From sequence record KT184314.1: a stretch of 64,000 bases of DNA. One strand, given 5' to 3'. The notes under the pieces were generated by a model. It was not told the origin of the DNA and searched no databases. It was given only the letters and a program-made list of their open reading frames with translations. Origin of the DNA: Enterobacteria phage KhF2. Shown in pieces: positions 1 to 9,353 of the stretch. Position 1 is the first letter of the stretch, and each line of letters begins with the position of its first letter. A program made the position numbers and the translations under genes.

Positions 1-41
1 GCGGCAAAGATATCACCATTGATTATTTTTACAATACCCAT

Positions 42-332
42 TTAACATCTCTCCCAAGATTCTTTATCTTCTGAAGGTTTTACACGTTGCCCCTCATGGT
101 CTACCCAGATACATCCACAACCTTCACAGATTACTGGCATTGCATAACCAGCTTTAAAGTCATCTTCAGTGATAAGACCTTTTAAGTCACCTGTATCACG
201 TCCAAACATTTCTATAGAACAGTCTTTGCAGAAGTCAGCCATTGATAATTGCCTCTTGAATGATGATACCTTTACCACAACGGCTTTTAAAGTCTTCCAA
301 TGGTTGGGAGATGAAGCCACGCAAGCAATCAC
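42..332 (-). CDS. hypothetical protein with C-terminal Cys-rich motif (CEGCGC); true start probably internal (MADFCKDC, near 242)
   Basis: ORF track; Cys cluster; overlaps next ORF so N-terminus uncertain. Confidence 0.35.
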   Translation of the reverse strand: MIACVASSPNHWKTLKAVVVKVSSFKRQLSMADFCKDCSIEMFGRDTGDLKGLITEDDFKAGYAMPVICEGCGCIWVDHEGQRVKPSEDKESWERC

Positions 333-436
333 TAAATACTAAGTTTTTCCTGTAGGCTATCACATCGTTTGCTGTAAACGGGATGACTTCATTTCTTCCA
401 ATGAATACTGCTGACCGGATGAGTTTCCGTGTCTTT

Positions 437-763
437 TTATCTCTGGCTAGAATTACTCTCATAATTTACCTTCTCAGTTAGCTCATATAAATCAACATGC
501 TCAATACTATCAATGTTGATATCAATCTTTTTGAAGCGTTCTATCACTTCGTTGTCAGTCATCCATATCAGACACCAATGATTCTGAATGGATTCTTCAA
601 GAAGGTCAACACAATCTTTAAAAGTTTTTGTATCACTTCTCGTTCCAACTACTGCGATTGTTCCATATAGCCACCCACCATTGCCATAAGATACTTGCGC
701 TACGCCAACTTCTTTACCTTTCTCGTAGTAAACGGCTACAAAGTCTCTTCCATTAATCTGCAT
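437..763 (-). CDS. hypothetical protein
   Basis: 108-aa ORF tightly packed in minus-strand operon. Confidence 0.4.
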   Translation of the reverse strand: MQINGRDFVAVYYEKGKEVGVAQVSYGNGGWLYGTIAVVGTRSDTKTFKDCVDLLEESIQNHWCLIWMTDNEVIERFKKIDINIDSIEHVDLYELTEKVNYESNSSQR

Positions 764-765
764 AG

Positions 766-1038
766 TTACTTCCTCGTTTTGAGAACTGCTAAGATTTCTT
801 TAGAGTCTGGTAAGAACCATGTGTAGTGATTCTCTTTGATTTCTGGATGAGTGTCAACCTTTATTTTGCACTCTTTACCAACATGCTTAAGCTGTGCTGT
901 GATACCTTGCATAAAGATGTGACACATTACATTATCCATAATCGTAGGTAAGAAATCAATCCTCATGTAAGTATCTTTCGGTCTCGGTAGAAGTAAGTAA
1001 CCTTCTGTGTAGAAAGTTTCATCATTACTTTGTGTCAT
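766..1038 (-). CDS. hypothetical protein
   Basis: 90-aa ORF, abuts neighbours without gaps. Confidence 0.4.
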   Translation of the reverse strand: MTQSNDETFYTEGYLLLPRPKDTYMRIDFLPTIMDNVMCHIFMQGITAQLKHVGKECKIKVDTHPEIKENHYTWFLPDSKEILAVLKTRK

Positions 1039-1304
1039 TACTGCTTATTCCCTAATAAAATCATATCAATAAGGTTATTAGCTTTGATTGTGCACTGGTA
1101 AAATCCATCACGATAGAACTCAAGGGCTGCTGCCACATCACTACCAGTATTACCTTTGATAGTAAATCTTGAATCTTCTTGAGTGTACTTATCACTCTCA
1201 CTTACTTGGGAGTTTTTGAATGTACTGTTCACTTTGTTCGTTGAACACCCTGACATAATTATCAGTAACACAAACATTATAAAACTCTGGCTTAGTTTTT
1301 TCAT
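1038..1304 (-). CDS. putative o-spanin (Rz1-like outer-membrane lipoprotein)
   Basis: N-terminal signal peptide ending in lipobox-like IIMSGC; overlaps 3' end of upstream TM/coiled-coil ORF in another frame, the classic overlapped spanin layout. Confidence 0.4.
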   Translation of the reverse strand: MKKLSQSFIMFVLLIIMSGCSTNKVNSTFKNSQVSESDKYTQEDSRFTIKGNTGSDVAAALEFYRDGFYQCTIKANNLIDMILLGNKQ

Positions 1305-1545
1305 ACGTTAGTACCTCTTTTGTGTGCTTATTCTTAGCAAGCACATCTTTCAAATCATTTTTGTAATTGGTGCTGAGTGTGGCTAAACCTTCCTGATAAG
1401 CATCTTTGGCAACACTTATTAGTTTCTCATTATTTAGCTCAGTTTCAGCAACTTGGTAGTCTCTGTAAGAGTATCCTCCCCAGACACCTGTCCCAACTAA
1501 GAAAACAATTATGAAAGTAGCTTGACAGAACTCTTTAAATGTCAT
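1198..1545 (-). CDS. putative i-spanin (Rz-like)
   Basis: N-terminal transmembrane segment (FIIVFLVGTGVWGG) followed by charged, helical periplasmic region; overlaps lipoprotein ORF. Confidence 0.4.
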   Translation of the reverse strand: MTFKEFCQATFIIVFLVGTGVWGGYSYRDYQVAETELNNEKLISVAKDAYQEGLATLSTNYKNDLKDVLAKNKHTKEVLTYEKTKPEFYNVCVTDNYVRVFNEQSEQYIQKLPSK

Positions 1546-1564
1546 TTAACAATCTCCTGAAATG

Positions 1565-1585
1565 AAAAAGGCTCCCGAAGGAGCC
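1565..1585 (-). terminator. rho-independent terminator (GGCTCC-CGAA-GGAGCC hairpin plus T-run on minus strand)
   Basis: perfect 6-bp GC-rich stem with tetraloop; A5 on plus strand immediately 5' gives U-run on minus transcript. Confidence 0.55.
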
Positions 1586-1597
1586 TGTATCTTAACC

Positions 1598-2077
1598 TTA
1601 ACCGAGGACTTTAGCAAGGATATTCGCAGCCATCGAAGAAGCTTTTGCAGCAGCAACTACGCCAGCTTTGACAGTGCTATCCTTAATAGCAGATACCGTT
1701 GCAGCATCAGTAAAGAGATAAGTGATTGTTTTGGAACCACTTGTAAAGGAAAGCATAAGGGTAGTTTCCAGATTGAAAGAGCGATACGGAGCACCTTCTT
1801 TAACGATACCTTCAGCACCTAACTCTGAAGCCTTACCCATATCATAGATAGTCATCAGGTTTTCTTTGTGTGCAGTCGTTGAACCAACACCTTTTACGTG
1901 CTTCTTAACGTTCAACAATGCACGATATTCACGAATGCTGCCATCAGCTTTTACATTAACAGCACGGAAAATTTTACCTTCAAAGTTACCTTGAATCATT
2001 TTACGAACTACTTCAGATTTGTTTGCCGTATCGTCCAGTGCTACCGTAATGATATTGTTCATAAGTTCTTCTCTCAA
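1598..2077 (-). CDS. hypothetical protein
   Basis: 159-aa ORF between two terminators; no motif recognised. Confidence 0.5.
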   Translation of the reverse strand: MREELMNNIITVALDDTANKSEVVRKMIQGNFEGKIFRAVNVKADGSIREYRALLNVKKHVKGVGSTTAHKENLMTIYDMGKASELGAEGIVKEGAPYRSFNLETTLMLSFTSGSKTITYLFTDAATVSAIKDSTVKAGVVAAAKASSMAANILAKVLG

Positions 2078-2769
2078 TGTTTAACTAACATGGTTTTAAT
2101 GTGTGGAAGGATTCTGTTTACCTTCTGAACATTCTTCTCTGTATCTTCTATAAAGCATACTATATTAAAGTAAGGAAGAATGCAAGACTGAATCATCCTC
2201 ACTTTCAAACTTTCTGCACTTATAGAGTTAGTTCCAAAACCACGCATAAAAAGCAAGTAATCATGCTCTATATTGTGCCTTAAAAACATCTCAGTAGGTA
2301 TTCTCTGAGATTCACCTCTTGCTGTCAAGAGTCCAACTGCTGCATGATTTGCAATTGCATCAATAATGTTGAAAACATATGTTGGTTTTGCTCTTACAGA
2401 ATCAAGAAGATTAGTGTACTGTGAGAATGACCCATCAGTCAATTCCGTTGAGCAATCTTCGTGATTAAAATTTGTAAGAACACCATCAATATCTGCTAAG
2501 ATGAGGTTACCTTTTTCTACAAGGTCTTTATTGACTATCACTAAGCTATCACGCCTTACACCTATAGTTTGTCCAGTCTCTTTGTCCACAACGTTCACAA
2601 TGGGTTCTGATGTGTGGAACTCTTCAAGTGAACATACAACCTCTCTTGCAGTATCTTCAAAATCCCTGCACTGTTCTGGAGTCCATACACAGGAATCAAG
2701 ACCTAACTCATGAGGGTGCAAGTCGTAAGCATGGCACAGTACTTCATCAGACTTTCTTAATTTTTTCAT
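2074..2769 (-). CDS. HAD-superfamily phosphatase/nucleotidase-like protein
   Basis: C-terminal half carries HAD motifs: ILADIDGVL (motif I DxDGx), LLTARGES (motif II), FIEDTEK (motif IV); N-terminal 85 aa unassigned. Confidence 0.45.
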   Translation of the reverse strand: MKKLRKSDEVLCHAYDLHPHELGLDSCVWTPEQCRDFEDTAREVVCSLEEFHTSEPIVNVVDKETGQTIGVRRDSLVIVNKDLVEKGNLILADIDGVLTNFNHEDCSTELTDGSFSQYTNLLDSVRAKPTYVFNIIDAIANHAAVGLLTARGESQRIPTEMFLRHNIEHDYLLFMRGFGTNSISAESLKVRMIQSCILPYFNIVCFIEDTEKNVQKVNRILPHIKTMLVKH

Positions 2770-3295
2770 GGTTTACCTTAGAAATGTTTGTTGCAAATTC
2801 ACATTGAGCAATAACTTTCATGTTGTTATAGACATCTTGAGAATATTTCTTAGCTTTAGGGATTCTGTACGAATACCCAGCATTATATGATGCTAAAACT
2901 TTTTGTAAAGTCTTCTTTGACTTTGGCTGACCATGCACCTTTGTCCAAAACTCAAGCTCTTTGTGAGTTTCCTTCGCAGCATAGTCAAAGTCTTTTAAGA
3001 GTTTCTTTTTAGCCACATTAGGACTAATTTTGTTACGCTTTACAACAGTCTTCAAGTGATTCTGGAAAATACCATAATCATGTGTCTTTTTATTCTCTAC
3101 CTTCAGACCTAACTCTGACTCTTGTAAGGCTATAGCAGCTAGAGTGATACCCCAACCTTTACCCATGTTATTCTCACCATACTGGTAAGCTTTTAACATG
3201 TTTACTTTTTGGCTAATTGATAGCTCTGGGCAGTCAACTGCATAAGATAAGTGTGCTGTAAACATTAAGCACAAACCTAGAATCAATTTCTTCAT
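2747..3295 (-). CDS. secreted lytic transglycosylase (SLT domain), candidate endolysin or virion murein hydrolase
   Basis: cleavable signal peptide MKKLILGLCLMFTAHLSYA; SLT motifs AAIALQESELG (catalytic E-S) and SYNAGYS. Confidence 0.55.
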   Translation of the reverse strand: MKKLILGLCLMFTAHLSYAVDCPELSISQKVNMLKAYQYGENNMGKGWGITLAAIALQESELGLKVENKKTHDYGIFQNHLKTVVKRNKISPNVAKKKLLKDFDYAAKETHKELEFWTKVHGQPKSKKTLQKVLASYNAGYSYRIPKAKKYSQDVYNNMKVIAQCEFATNISKVNHEKIKKV

Positions 3296-3354
3296 TGGTT
3301 CTCCTGTTTAGTTTATCGTGACAACAATTATACAGTACTCTGCACAAAATACAA

Positions 3355-3380
3355 ATAAAAAAGGCCGCCGAAGCAGCCTT
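3355..3380 (-). terminator. rho-independent terminator after rIIB-like gene
   Basis: on the minus transcript a hairpin with UUCG tetraloop and one G-U pair followed by U6. Confidence 0.5.
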
Positions 3381-3395
3381 TTAAGAAATTACTTA

Positions 3396-4505
3396 TTAGA
3401 TTTCACGTTTACGCTGAGAGATAAGTTCACCAGCAGTGCCAACGATGACATGCAGAGCTTCAGTCTTGCCATCCCACGCTTTCAGTACCTTACGTTGATT
3501 ATCAACGATTGCTGCAACTTCATAACGAGACGAGCGCATCTTCATATCATTGTAATCAGTTGGAACAGATACAACATCTCGTGGATGGACACGAACCTTC
3601 AGAATTGTATCGCCTGAGAAGCAACGAACATAATCCCAAGCACCAACGTGAAGACCTTGAGAGCAAGTCACGTTACGGTTATTATCAACCATCCAACGTG
3701 GCATTTCTACAACGTTACCCAAATCATTAGGTACTTTGTAGGTGTGGGAGTCAACCAGCTTGCCTTCACGAGTGGATACTTTCTTCCAACCAATGATGTA
3801 GCCTTCCTCATCAATTTCGACATCAAGGTGAGATACGAAGCCCCAAAGTTGTTCTACAGAGTCTTTAGATGGGTTTTCCATCAGTTTTTCGAAGAACATC
3901 ACAAGGCGTTCAAAGCCTTTGTCTCCAGTCTTCATCATGTGAAGAATACGGTCAACCAGAGTAGAACGCATCTCAACAGCACCGTAGAATAGCTTGTCGC
4001 CTTTGATTGTGATAGCACCCTGAGTGAAGTTTTCGATAGACTTACGAATGTTCATCAGTTCAAATGCTTTCTTGAACTCACCTTTCACAACATGAACTAC
4101 AATCTCTTGATAGTTCGGATGAGTAGACTCAACAATTTCAGATTCTGAACCATAAGTCATAATTACAGAATCACCAGTAATCATGTACTCAATCTTGTCA
4201 TCTTTCTGCATAGCTTCGTGCAGTTTATTTACTGGAGCTTTCTGTACAGCGTCTTTAACTACCTTTTCAACTGGTTTTCCATCTTTCTTCTTAAAGGTCT
4301 TAGCAACTTGTTTCAAAGTCTTCGTAGCTGGTGTAGAAGTTGCCTTCTTATTCCCTTTTAAGGTTGCTTCATGACGCTCTACAGCACGACCGACTGAACG
4401 GGTTGAAGTATTAAATTTCTGTGCAATAGCTGTTTTAGTCAGCTTACCTTCTTTAACCAGTTTGTAAATTTCTGCGTCAATCTGTGCTTTAGTTTTAGTA
4501 GTCAT
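3396..4505 (-). CDS. rIIB: rIIB-like protein
   Basis: immediately downstream of rIIA in same orientation as in T4-type rII loci; N-terminal HTH-like segment; identity inferred from synteny not motifs. Confidence 0.45.
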   Translation of the reverse strand: MTTKTKAQIDAEIYKLVKEGKLTKTAIAQKFNTSTRSVGRAVERHEATLKGNKKATSTPATKTLKQVAKTFKKKDGKPVEKVVKDAVQKAPVNKLHEAMQKDDKIEYMITGDSVIMTYGSESEIVESTHPNYQEIVVHVVKGEFKKAFELMNIRKSIENFTQGAITIKGDKLFYGAVEMRSTLVDRILHMMKTGDKGFERLVMFFEKLMENPSKDSVEQLWGFVSHLDVEIDEEGYIIGWKKVSTREGKLVDSHTYKVPNDLGNVVEMPRWMVDNNRNVTCSQGLHVGAWDYVRCFSGDTILKVRVHPRDVVSVPTDYNDMKMRSSRYEVAAIVDNQRKVLKAWDGKTEALHVIVGTAGELISQRKREI

Positions 4506-4554
4506 CTTATTACTCTCTCTTGTTAGTTAATAAATCATTTTGTGATGCTATTTT

Positions 4555-4574
4555 AAGGGGCTTTGAAGCCCCTT
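4555..4574 (-). promoter_or_regulatory. intercistronic stem-loop between rIIA and rIIB (AAGGGGC-TTTGAA-GCCCCTT)
   Basis: 7-bp GC-rich inverted repeat; no adjacent U-run so more likely RNA stability/processing element or weak terminator. Confidence 0.3.
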
Positions 4575-4584
4575 GTCAAACACT

Positions 4585-6951
4585 TTAATCGTAAATTGTA
4601 GTCCCTTCTGGAACACATTTTACATCAAAACCTAAGAACTTACTCACTTCGATGGGTGACACTTTATTCCAATCTAAATGAGAAAGCAAGAAGTTTTCTT
4701 GTTTTCTTTTTGAAAGATAGTTTGTCACCTTAATAACCATACGGTCACCAGCTTTCTTAATTTTCTTGTAAAGCTTTGTATCGTTGTCAAGGCAGTCTTT
4801 CAAAGTTTTCAATACACTAATGGTATAAGTGTATGCAAATGGTGCAGCAACGTATTGGATTTTACCGAACATTGCCTCTACAGCCTCTTCATTTCCTTCT
4901 AGGAAGATAGTTTTGTTTGTATCCCTTGAATAACAATACCCGCGAGAAATCTTCCTGTTATTAAACGTAAAGTTTCTGGCAATAATCCAACTGCTTGTAA
5001 GGTCAAGGACACCATTCATATAGATACGCGTCATATATCTGTTATGGTTAATCCAGTGAACATCAGTTAAGCTGTCGTTCAAGAGTTTCTCATCTACTTC
5101 AATCCAATCTTCTGGTATCTTTTTCCAATTTGCTTTTCGGAAAACATAGACTGTCTTACCTGTAACATTAGCAACTGACTTAGCTACATCTTCTGGAGAT
5201 GAGCAAAAACATTCACCATCAACTGTGTCACCGATTGCCTTAATGTAAAGCTGAGGTTCTTCAATTGTGTCTAAGTCCTCTGACACCTCTTTGTAGGAGG
5301 CTACACCTTCTGCTGGAACAGCTTTCCAGAGTTTTACAACACCTCTTACAGCTTCTTTACGTTGGTAATGGTGTTCCTTATCAGACATTTTCACAATCTT
5401 TAACAAGCTTTTATCAAGTTTGTGCAGATTGATTAAGTCATCTAACTCTTTTTCAGTCGAGAATACAAAGACAATACCATTGTATCTGTGAAACAGACTT
5501 GACTCACTGGCATAGTCTCGACATGCACCACGCAAGATTTGGTTGCGTCCTACAGTCTTCTCAGTACCATTTTTATTGCGACGGTCATTTATAACAAACA
5601 AAAACTGTTCAATTTGGCTTTTACGCATTGCGCCAAAGATATTGAACATACTTGCCTCTTGAGTGTAGGAAAGTGCTGTTGCACGAATCTTACTCTCTAA
5701 AGAGTTGAACTTGACATAAGCAACTGGGTCATAAAGATAATCTACTTTAGGGATGTTGTTTCCGTTCCTATCAACCTTAATATTACCTTTACCGTCACGT
5801 TCATAAATGACTGAGCCGTCTTCTGCGTAGATAATTCCACGACGAATGTTTAGTAATTCTTCTTCCAGAGAATCAAGCTTAACGCCTCCCCACTCTAACT
5901 TTGGACACACAGCATTAAACATCTCTCGTGAGTTCAAACGTAACTCAGCATAAGCCTGTGCAGCATCCATGAGTGTAGGTTGACTGTTAACTTTCTTGAT
6001 AACATCCTTTGTAATTGCTTCAGTTATCTTTTTAGTAGCCTCAATGATAACATTTTTTGTCGTGTCATTCATCTGCAATGCTTCACGAGAAGCTGCAATA
6101 GCGACTGAACCAATAGGCATGTAGATGTTTACAAGGTCTACGCTCCTACGGAAAAATTCTGGCAATACTTTGAAGAAATCATCACCAAGTAATGCTTCCA
6201 TGTTAACAGGGTAGGCAATGTTACCCATCACCACATTAAACTCTGTCCTGTTATCACTAGAACGCCAGCTGTGCTTATGAATCATGGCATCATAAACACC
6301 TTCTTCACGGGCAATGACGTTCATATCTGCTAATACATCGTCGTACTCAATATTACTTTCTGGTTTTACAGTGAAGTATGAGTACACATTCCCAGCTTCT
6401 TCAAAGAACTTTGAGATACGGTGGTCAGCAACCGCCACACGTACAGCTAAACCATTAGGTTCTTTTGTTGGGTTAGTTGTCAGCTTAGTTACTTGAGGGA
6501 TACCATTCTCAAGATAAACAGAGTACTTATTAACAACACCATCAACATAGCTAGATACTGTGAATGACTGAGCAATTGCAAATGGTGACTTTGAGCCGAT
6601 ACCCATTGCACCAATGTAGTCATTAGAGTCATTCTTCGTAGAAGCTCCATAGTTTAGGTACAAACTCATAACTTTATCATGAGTCAATCCAGTTCCAAAA
6701 TCACGAACTTCGAAGTAAGGCTCAAAACGAGTAGGTAAATGCACATGGAACGGGATGTTCTCTTTTCCAGCCTCTTTCTGAGCATCTACTGCGTTACATG
6801 ACAGTTCACGAATCACTGCCCTTTCTTTAAAGGTATATACACCAGAACTCAAAAGGCTGAACATCTCAGGTGTCATTGTAATCTGTGCTTGAGACGTCTC
6901 TAAAGAAGTTGAACTCTTAATCACTTCTGCGTGGTCGTTTACCATGCGCAT
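4585..6951 (-). CDS. rIIA: rIIA protein (GHKL ATPase-like lysis inhibition/membrane integrity protein)
   Basis: 788 aa; N-terminal GHKL ATPase motifs RELSCNAVDA, RDFGTGL, GAMGIGSKSPF closely resembling T4 rIIA as I recall it. Confidence 0.8.
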   Translation of the reverse strand: MRMVNDHAEVIKSSTSLETSQAQITMTPEMFSLLSSGVYTFKERAVIRELSCNAVDAQKEAGKENIPFHVHLPTRFEPYFEVRDFGTGLTHDKVMSLYLNYGASTKNDSNDYIGAMGIGSKSPFAIAQSFTVSSYVDGVVNKYSVYLENGIPQVTKLTTNPTKEPNGLAVRVAVADHRISKFFEEAGNVYSYFTVKPESNIEYDDVLADMNVIAREEGVYDAMIHKHSWRSSDNRTEFNVVMGNIAYPVNMEALLGDDFFKVLPEFFRRSVDLVNIYMPIGSVAIAASREALQMNDTTKNVIIEATKKITEAITKDVIKKVNSQPTLMDAAQAYAELRLNSREMFNAVCPKLEWGGVKLDSLEEELLNIRRGIIYAEDGSVIYERDGKGNIKVDRNGNNIPKVDYLYDPVAYVKFNSLESKIRATALSYTQEASMFNIFGAMRKSQIEQFLFVINDRRNKNGTEKTVGRNQILRGACRDYASESSLFHRYNGIVFVFSTEKELDDLINLHKLDKSLLKIVKMSDKEHHYQRKEAVRGVVKLWKAVPAEGVASYKEVSEDLDTIEEPQLYIKAIGDTVDGECFCSSPEDVAKSVANVTGKTVYVFRKANWKKIPEDWIEVDEKLLNDSLTDVHWINHNRYMTRIYMNGVLDLTSSWIIARNFTFNNRKISRGYCYSRDTNKTIFLEGNEEAVEAMFGKIQYVAAPFAYTYTISVLKTLKDCLDNDTKLYKKIKKAGDRMVIKVTNYLSKRKQENFLLSHLDWNKVSPIEVSKFLGFDVKCVPEGTTIYD

Positions 6952-6979
6952 AATACTTTCCTCTTAGTTTACTGTTAAA

Positions 6980-7156
6980 TTACTTGTTAAACATTTTACC
7001 AGAACCACCACACATAGGGCAACAACCTGCTCTTGTATAACCTTCCCCATTACAGTAGTCACATTTTTTGTGCTCTGCATAGTACTTACAAAGAAGGTAA
7101 ACAAACACTGCTACGCCACCAAGTGACAGTAAAATTTCTATCCAATATGCTTGCAT
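6980..7156 (-). CDS. small membrane-anchored zinc-ribbon protein (58 aa), absent from ORF track
   Basis: ATG preceded by strong SD (GAGAGGTGA) 4 nt upstream; one TM helix then CDYC...CPMCGG; lies in the gap upstream of rIIA. Confidence 0.45.
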   Translation of the reverse strand: MQAYWIEILLSLGGVAVFVYLLCKYYAEHKKCDYCNGEGYTRAGCCPMCGGSGKMFNK

Positions 7157-7473
7157 GACTCACCTCTCATATTCTTGTAAAGGATAAAGCTTCTGTCATG
7201 GACGATACTTGTAGATACTGCAAAGTTACTTTCAAGCATCTGTTTATTTGGATTGTAGAAGCTTTCTTTAAACTCGTCAAGTGCAAATTGGTGATTGTCT
7301 GGAAGACCTTTTACACAGACCTTTATTGTGATTGCTGCTGCAATCTTACCAGTCAGTTCTTCTTTAGCTGCTACTAAAATTTTGTTAAGGAACTTATGAC
7401 CATTTTCAGGTTTCTTGATGTTCTCCCAACGTTCCTCTAAGACGATGTTGATGTTCATCTCTTTGATTTTCAT
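7138..7473 (-). CDS. hypothetical protein
   Basis: 111-aa ORF between Nampt-like gene and rIIA. Confidence 0.5.
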   Translation of the reverse strand: MKIKEMNINIVLEERWENIKKPENGHKFLNKILVAAKEELTGKIAAAITIKVCVKGLPDNHQFALDEFKESFYNPNKQMLESNFAVSTSIVHDRSFILYKNMRGESCKHIG

Positions 7474-7489
7474 AATCTTCTCCAGAAAT

Positions 7490-7511
7490 TAAAAAGGCTC
7501 CCGTAGGAGCC
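7490..7511 (-). terminator. rho-independent terminator (GGCTCC-CGTA-GGAGCC plus T-run) after Nampt-like gene
   Basis: perfect hairpin; A5 run 5' on plus strand. Confidence 0.55.
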
Positions 7512-7526
7512 TCTTATCATATACTT

Positions 7527-9308
7527 TTAAAGCTGCTTGTCAATATTATTTCGAATATCACCAAGAGTTGTGTATCCGAACTGCTCAGAGTCACTAAAGA
7601 CTAGACGTAAAGCACAAGCTGGATGTTCAAGTGCATCTGCAAAGCTCTGGAACCCATAGCCATCTACAGCTTTCAGATTTTCACCATCCCACATAGGTGC
7701 TACACCACCAAAAGCAGACTTCTTAACACCACTATCTGTTTTAGGGTCTTTTGCAAGCATAATCTCTTTACCACCAATGCTTGCAAGGGTTGCTTTGACA
7801 GCAAATGCAAAGGTGTCACGAGTCATGTACTGGTAAGTGTAAGAACCTACACCAAACACTACGTTAGAGCTTGCAAAACCCATTTCATACAAACGCTTCA
7901 GTATTTCATTTGCACGTTCCAACGTGATAGAGTCGCCATAAATAAGTCCAATATGCTCATCCAGTACCTTAAAACCTTTAGAGTTAATAGTTCCTCCAAA
8001 GATGTTATACAGTGTCTTGATAGCTCCATCAATCTCAGCTACAGGACGTGTTACAACGTTTGCAGAACCAACCATATAAGCATTTTTCAACATCACTGTA
8101 TCAGCAACTTCAAAGTCTTCTCTGTCAACAACCATCTCGTAGCCTTCTGACAGTAGCCATCCAGCAATACCATAGTTGATGTTCTCAAGCTTCATGTTCA
8201 GAACAGCATTCAACATTGTGTCACTGGCTTCCAGCTTGCTTAGGTGCTCGTAATAAGCCTTCTTAGCACATTCTAAGTGGATTGCTTTATAACCTGTGAC
8301 AATATGTACAGGGTCTCCAGAGTCAGGGCGAATTACCAGTTTGCCATCACGTCCCATAATTTCTTTACGAAGTGCTGGTAAGATTTCTGACACAGTTCTC
8401 CAGAAGTTATAAGTATCTGAAACAATGCTTGCAATACCTGTTGGGTAAGTTTCTGTTAAGAAACGACGGAAGGTTTGTAACTCACCTTTAAAGCGTCTTT
8501 CTTCTTCAATCAACTCATTACCACCTTCCCAAGCAATGTTTGCACACATTACAGAGTGCTCAGTGGCTGGTACAGAACTACCAATATCAGAGATTGGGTA
8601 GGACTGTCCATAGATTCGTTTAGCCGTGTATACAGCAGGGAAGCTATCAGTCCCTTTAAAGCTGGTTAAGTGACCTACAGCGTTAAATGCGTCATCAGTA
8701 AAGCCGGACATACCACGCATAGCAAAATCATGGCACTGATAAGGTAAATGTAAGTCATTGTCACAAGTAAGGTCAGCCCACTTCTTACAGATGCGTTTGT
8801 AATGCAATGCAATAGTTGCAATGGTGCAAGCCTTCCAAATTTCAGCAGAGAAAGCATCTTCCAGATAACCTGCTACCCAATGAAAACCTGAAACAGTGTT
8901 CTGAAAGACAATCATCGGGACACGCATTGGAACAACTGTGCCTTCTTCTACAGCGTATACTTCAACTGGTAGATAACCTAAGTCGTGAAGTGCTTCCCAA
9001 TGCTCTCGACCGATAGCATCTTTACCCAGAACACCATTCATGACTTCTAAGATTTCATCAATGGCTTCTTTTTTATCACGTTCAAAGAAAGTGGCATTCC
9101 AGTGGTCTATCAAGTAATCTTTAACAAAACGTTGAATACCAAAAGCCACTACACCGTCAATTGCTAAGGGGCTGTTAAACCATTTGTCGCTACGTGGTGT
9201 CAGATTGAACATCAAGTACTCTGTTGCGCTAGGATACTGGTAAACATGACCAGATTTGTAAGCATCTGCATTTAAACCTGCTGGTACTGCATAAAGTGAT
9301 TTAGTCAT
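7527..9308 (-). CDS. nicotinamide phosphoribosyltransferase-like enzyme (Nampt/NadV family; possibly Namat of NARP1)
   Basis: 593 aa; Nampt-family signatures IASIVSDTYNFW and VIRPDSGDPV, GDSI motif; adjacent to Prs-like gene. Confidence 0.8.
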   Translation of the reverse strand: MTKSLYAVPAGLNADAYKSGHVYQYPSATEYLMFNLTPRSDKWFNSPLAIDGVVAFGIQRFVKDYLIDHWNATFFERDKKEAIDEILEVMNGVLGKDAIGREHWEALHDLGYLPVEVYAVEEGTVVPMRVPMIVFQNTVSGFHWVAGYLEDAFSAEIWKACTIATIALHYKRICKKWADLTCDNDLHLPYQCHDFAMRGMSGFTDDAFNAVGHLTSFKGTDSFPAVYTAKRIYGQSYPISDIGSSVPATEHSVMCANIAWEGGNELIEEERRFKGELQTFRRFLTETYPTGIASIVSDTYNFWRTVSEILPALRKEIMGRDGKLVIRPDSGDPVHIVTGYKAIHLECAKKAYYEHLSKLEASDTMLNAVLNMKLENINYGIAGWLLSEGYEMVVDREDFEVADTVMLKNAYMVGSANVVTRPVAEIDGAIKTLYNIFGGTINSKGFKVLDEHIGLIYGDSITLERANEILKRLYEMGFASSNVVFGVGSYTYQYMTRDTFAFAVKATLASIGGKEIMLAKDPKTDSGVKKSAFGGVAPMWDGENLKAVDGYGFQSFADALEHPACALRLVFSDSEQFGYTTLGDIRNNIDKQL

Positions 9309-9323
9309 CTTTTAATCTCTCTC

Positions 9324-9344
9324 AAAATGGGGCTTGGAAGCCCC
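9324..9344 (-). terminator. rho-independent terminator after Prs-like gene
   Basis: GGGGC-loop-GCCCC hairpin followed on minus transcript by AUUUU. Confidence 0.5.
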
Positions 9345-9353
9345 TATAAAGTT

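Noticed and set aside
235-462. 75-aa minus-strand ORF overlapping both neighbours
   Set aside because: Overlaps the 5' part of ORF 42-332 and the 3' end of 437-763; could not decide which frame is real, so not called.
7623-8150. 175-aa plus-strand ORF
   Set aside because: Antisense inside the well-supported Nampt-like gene; no translation signals.
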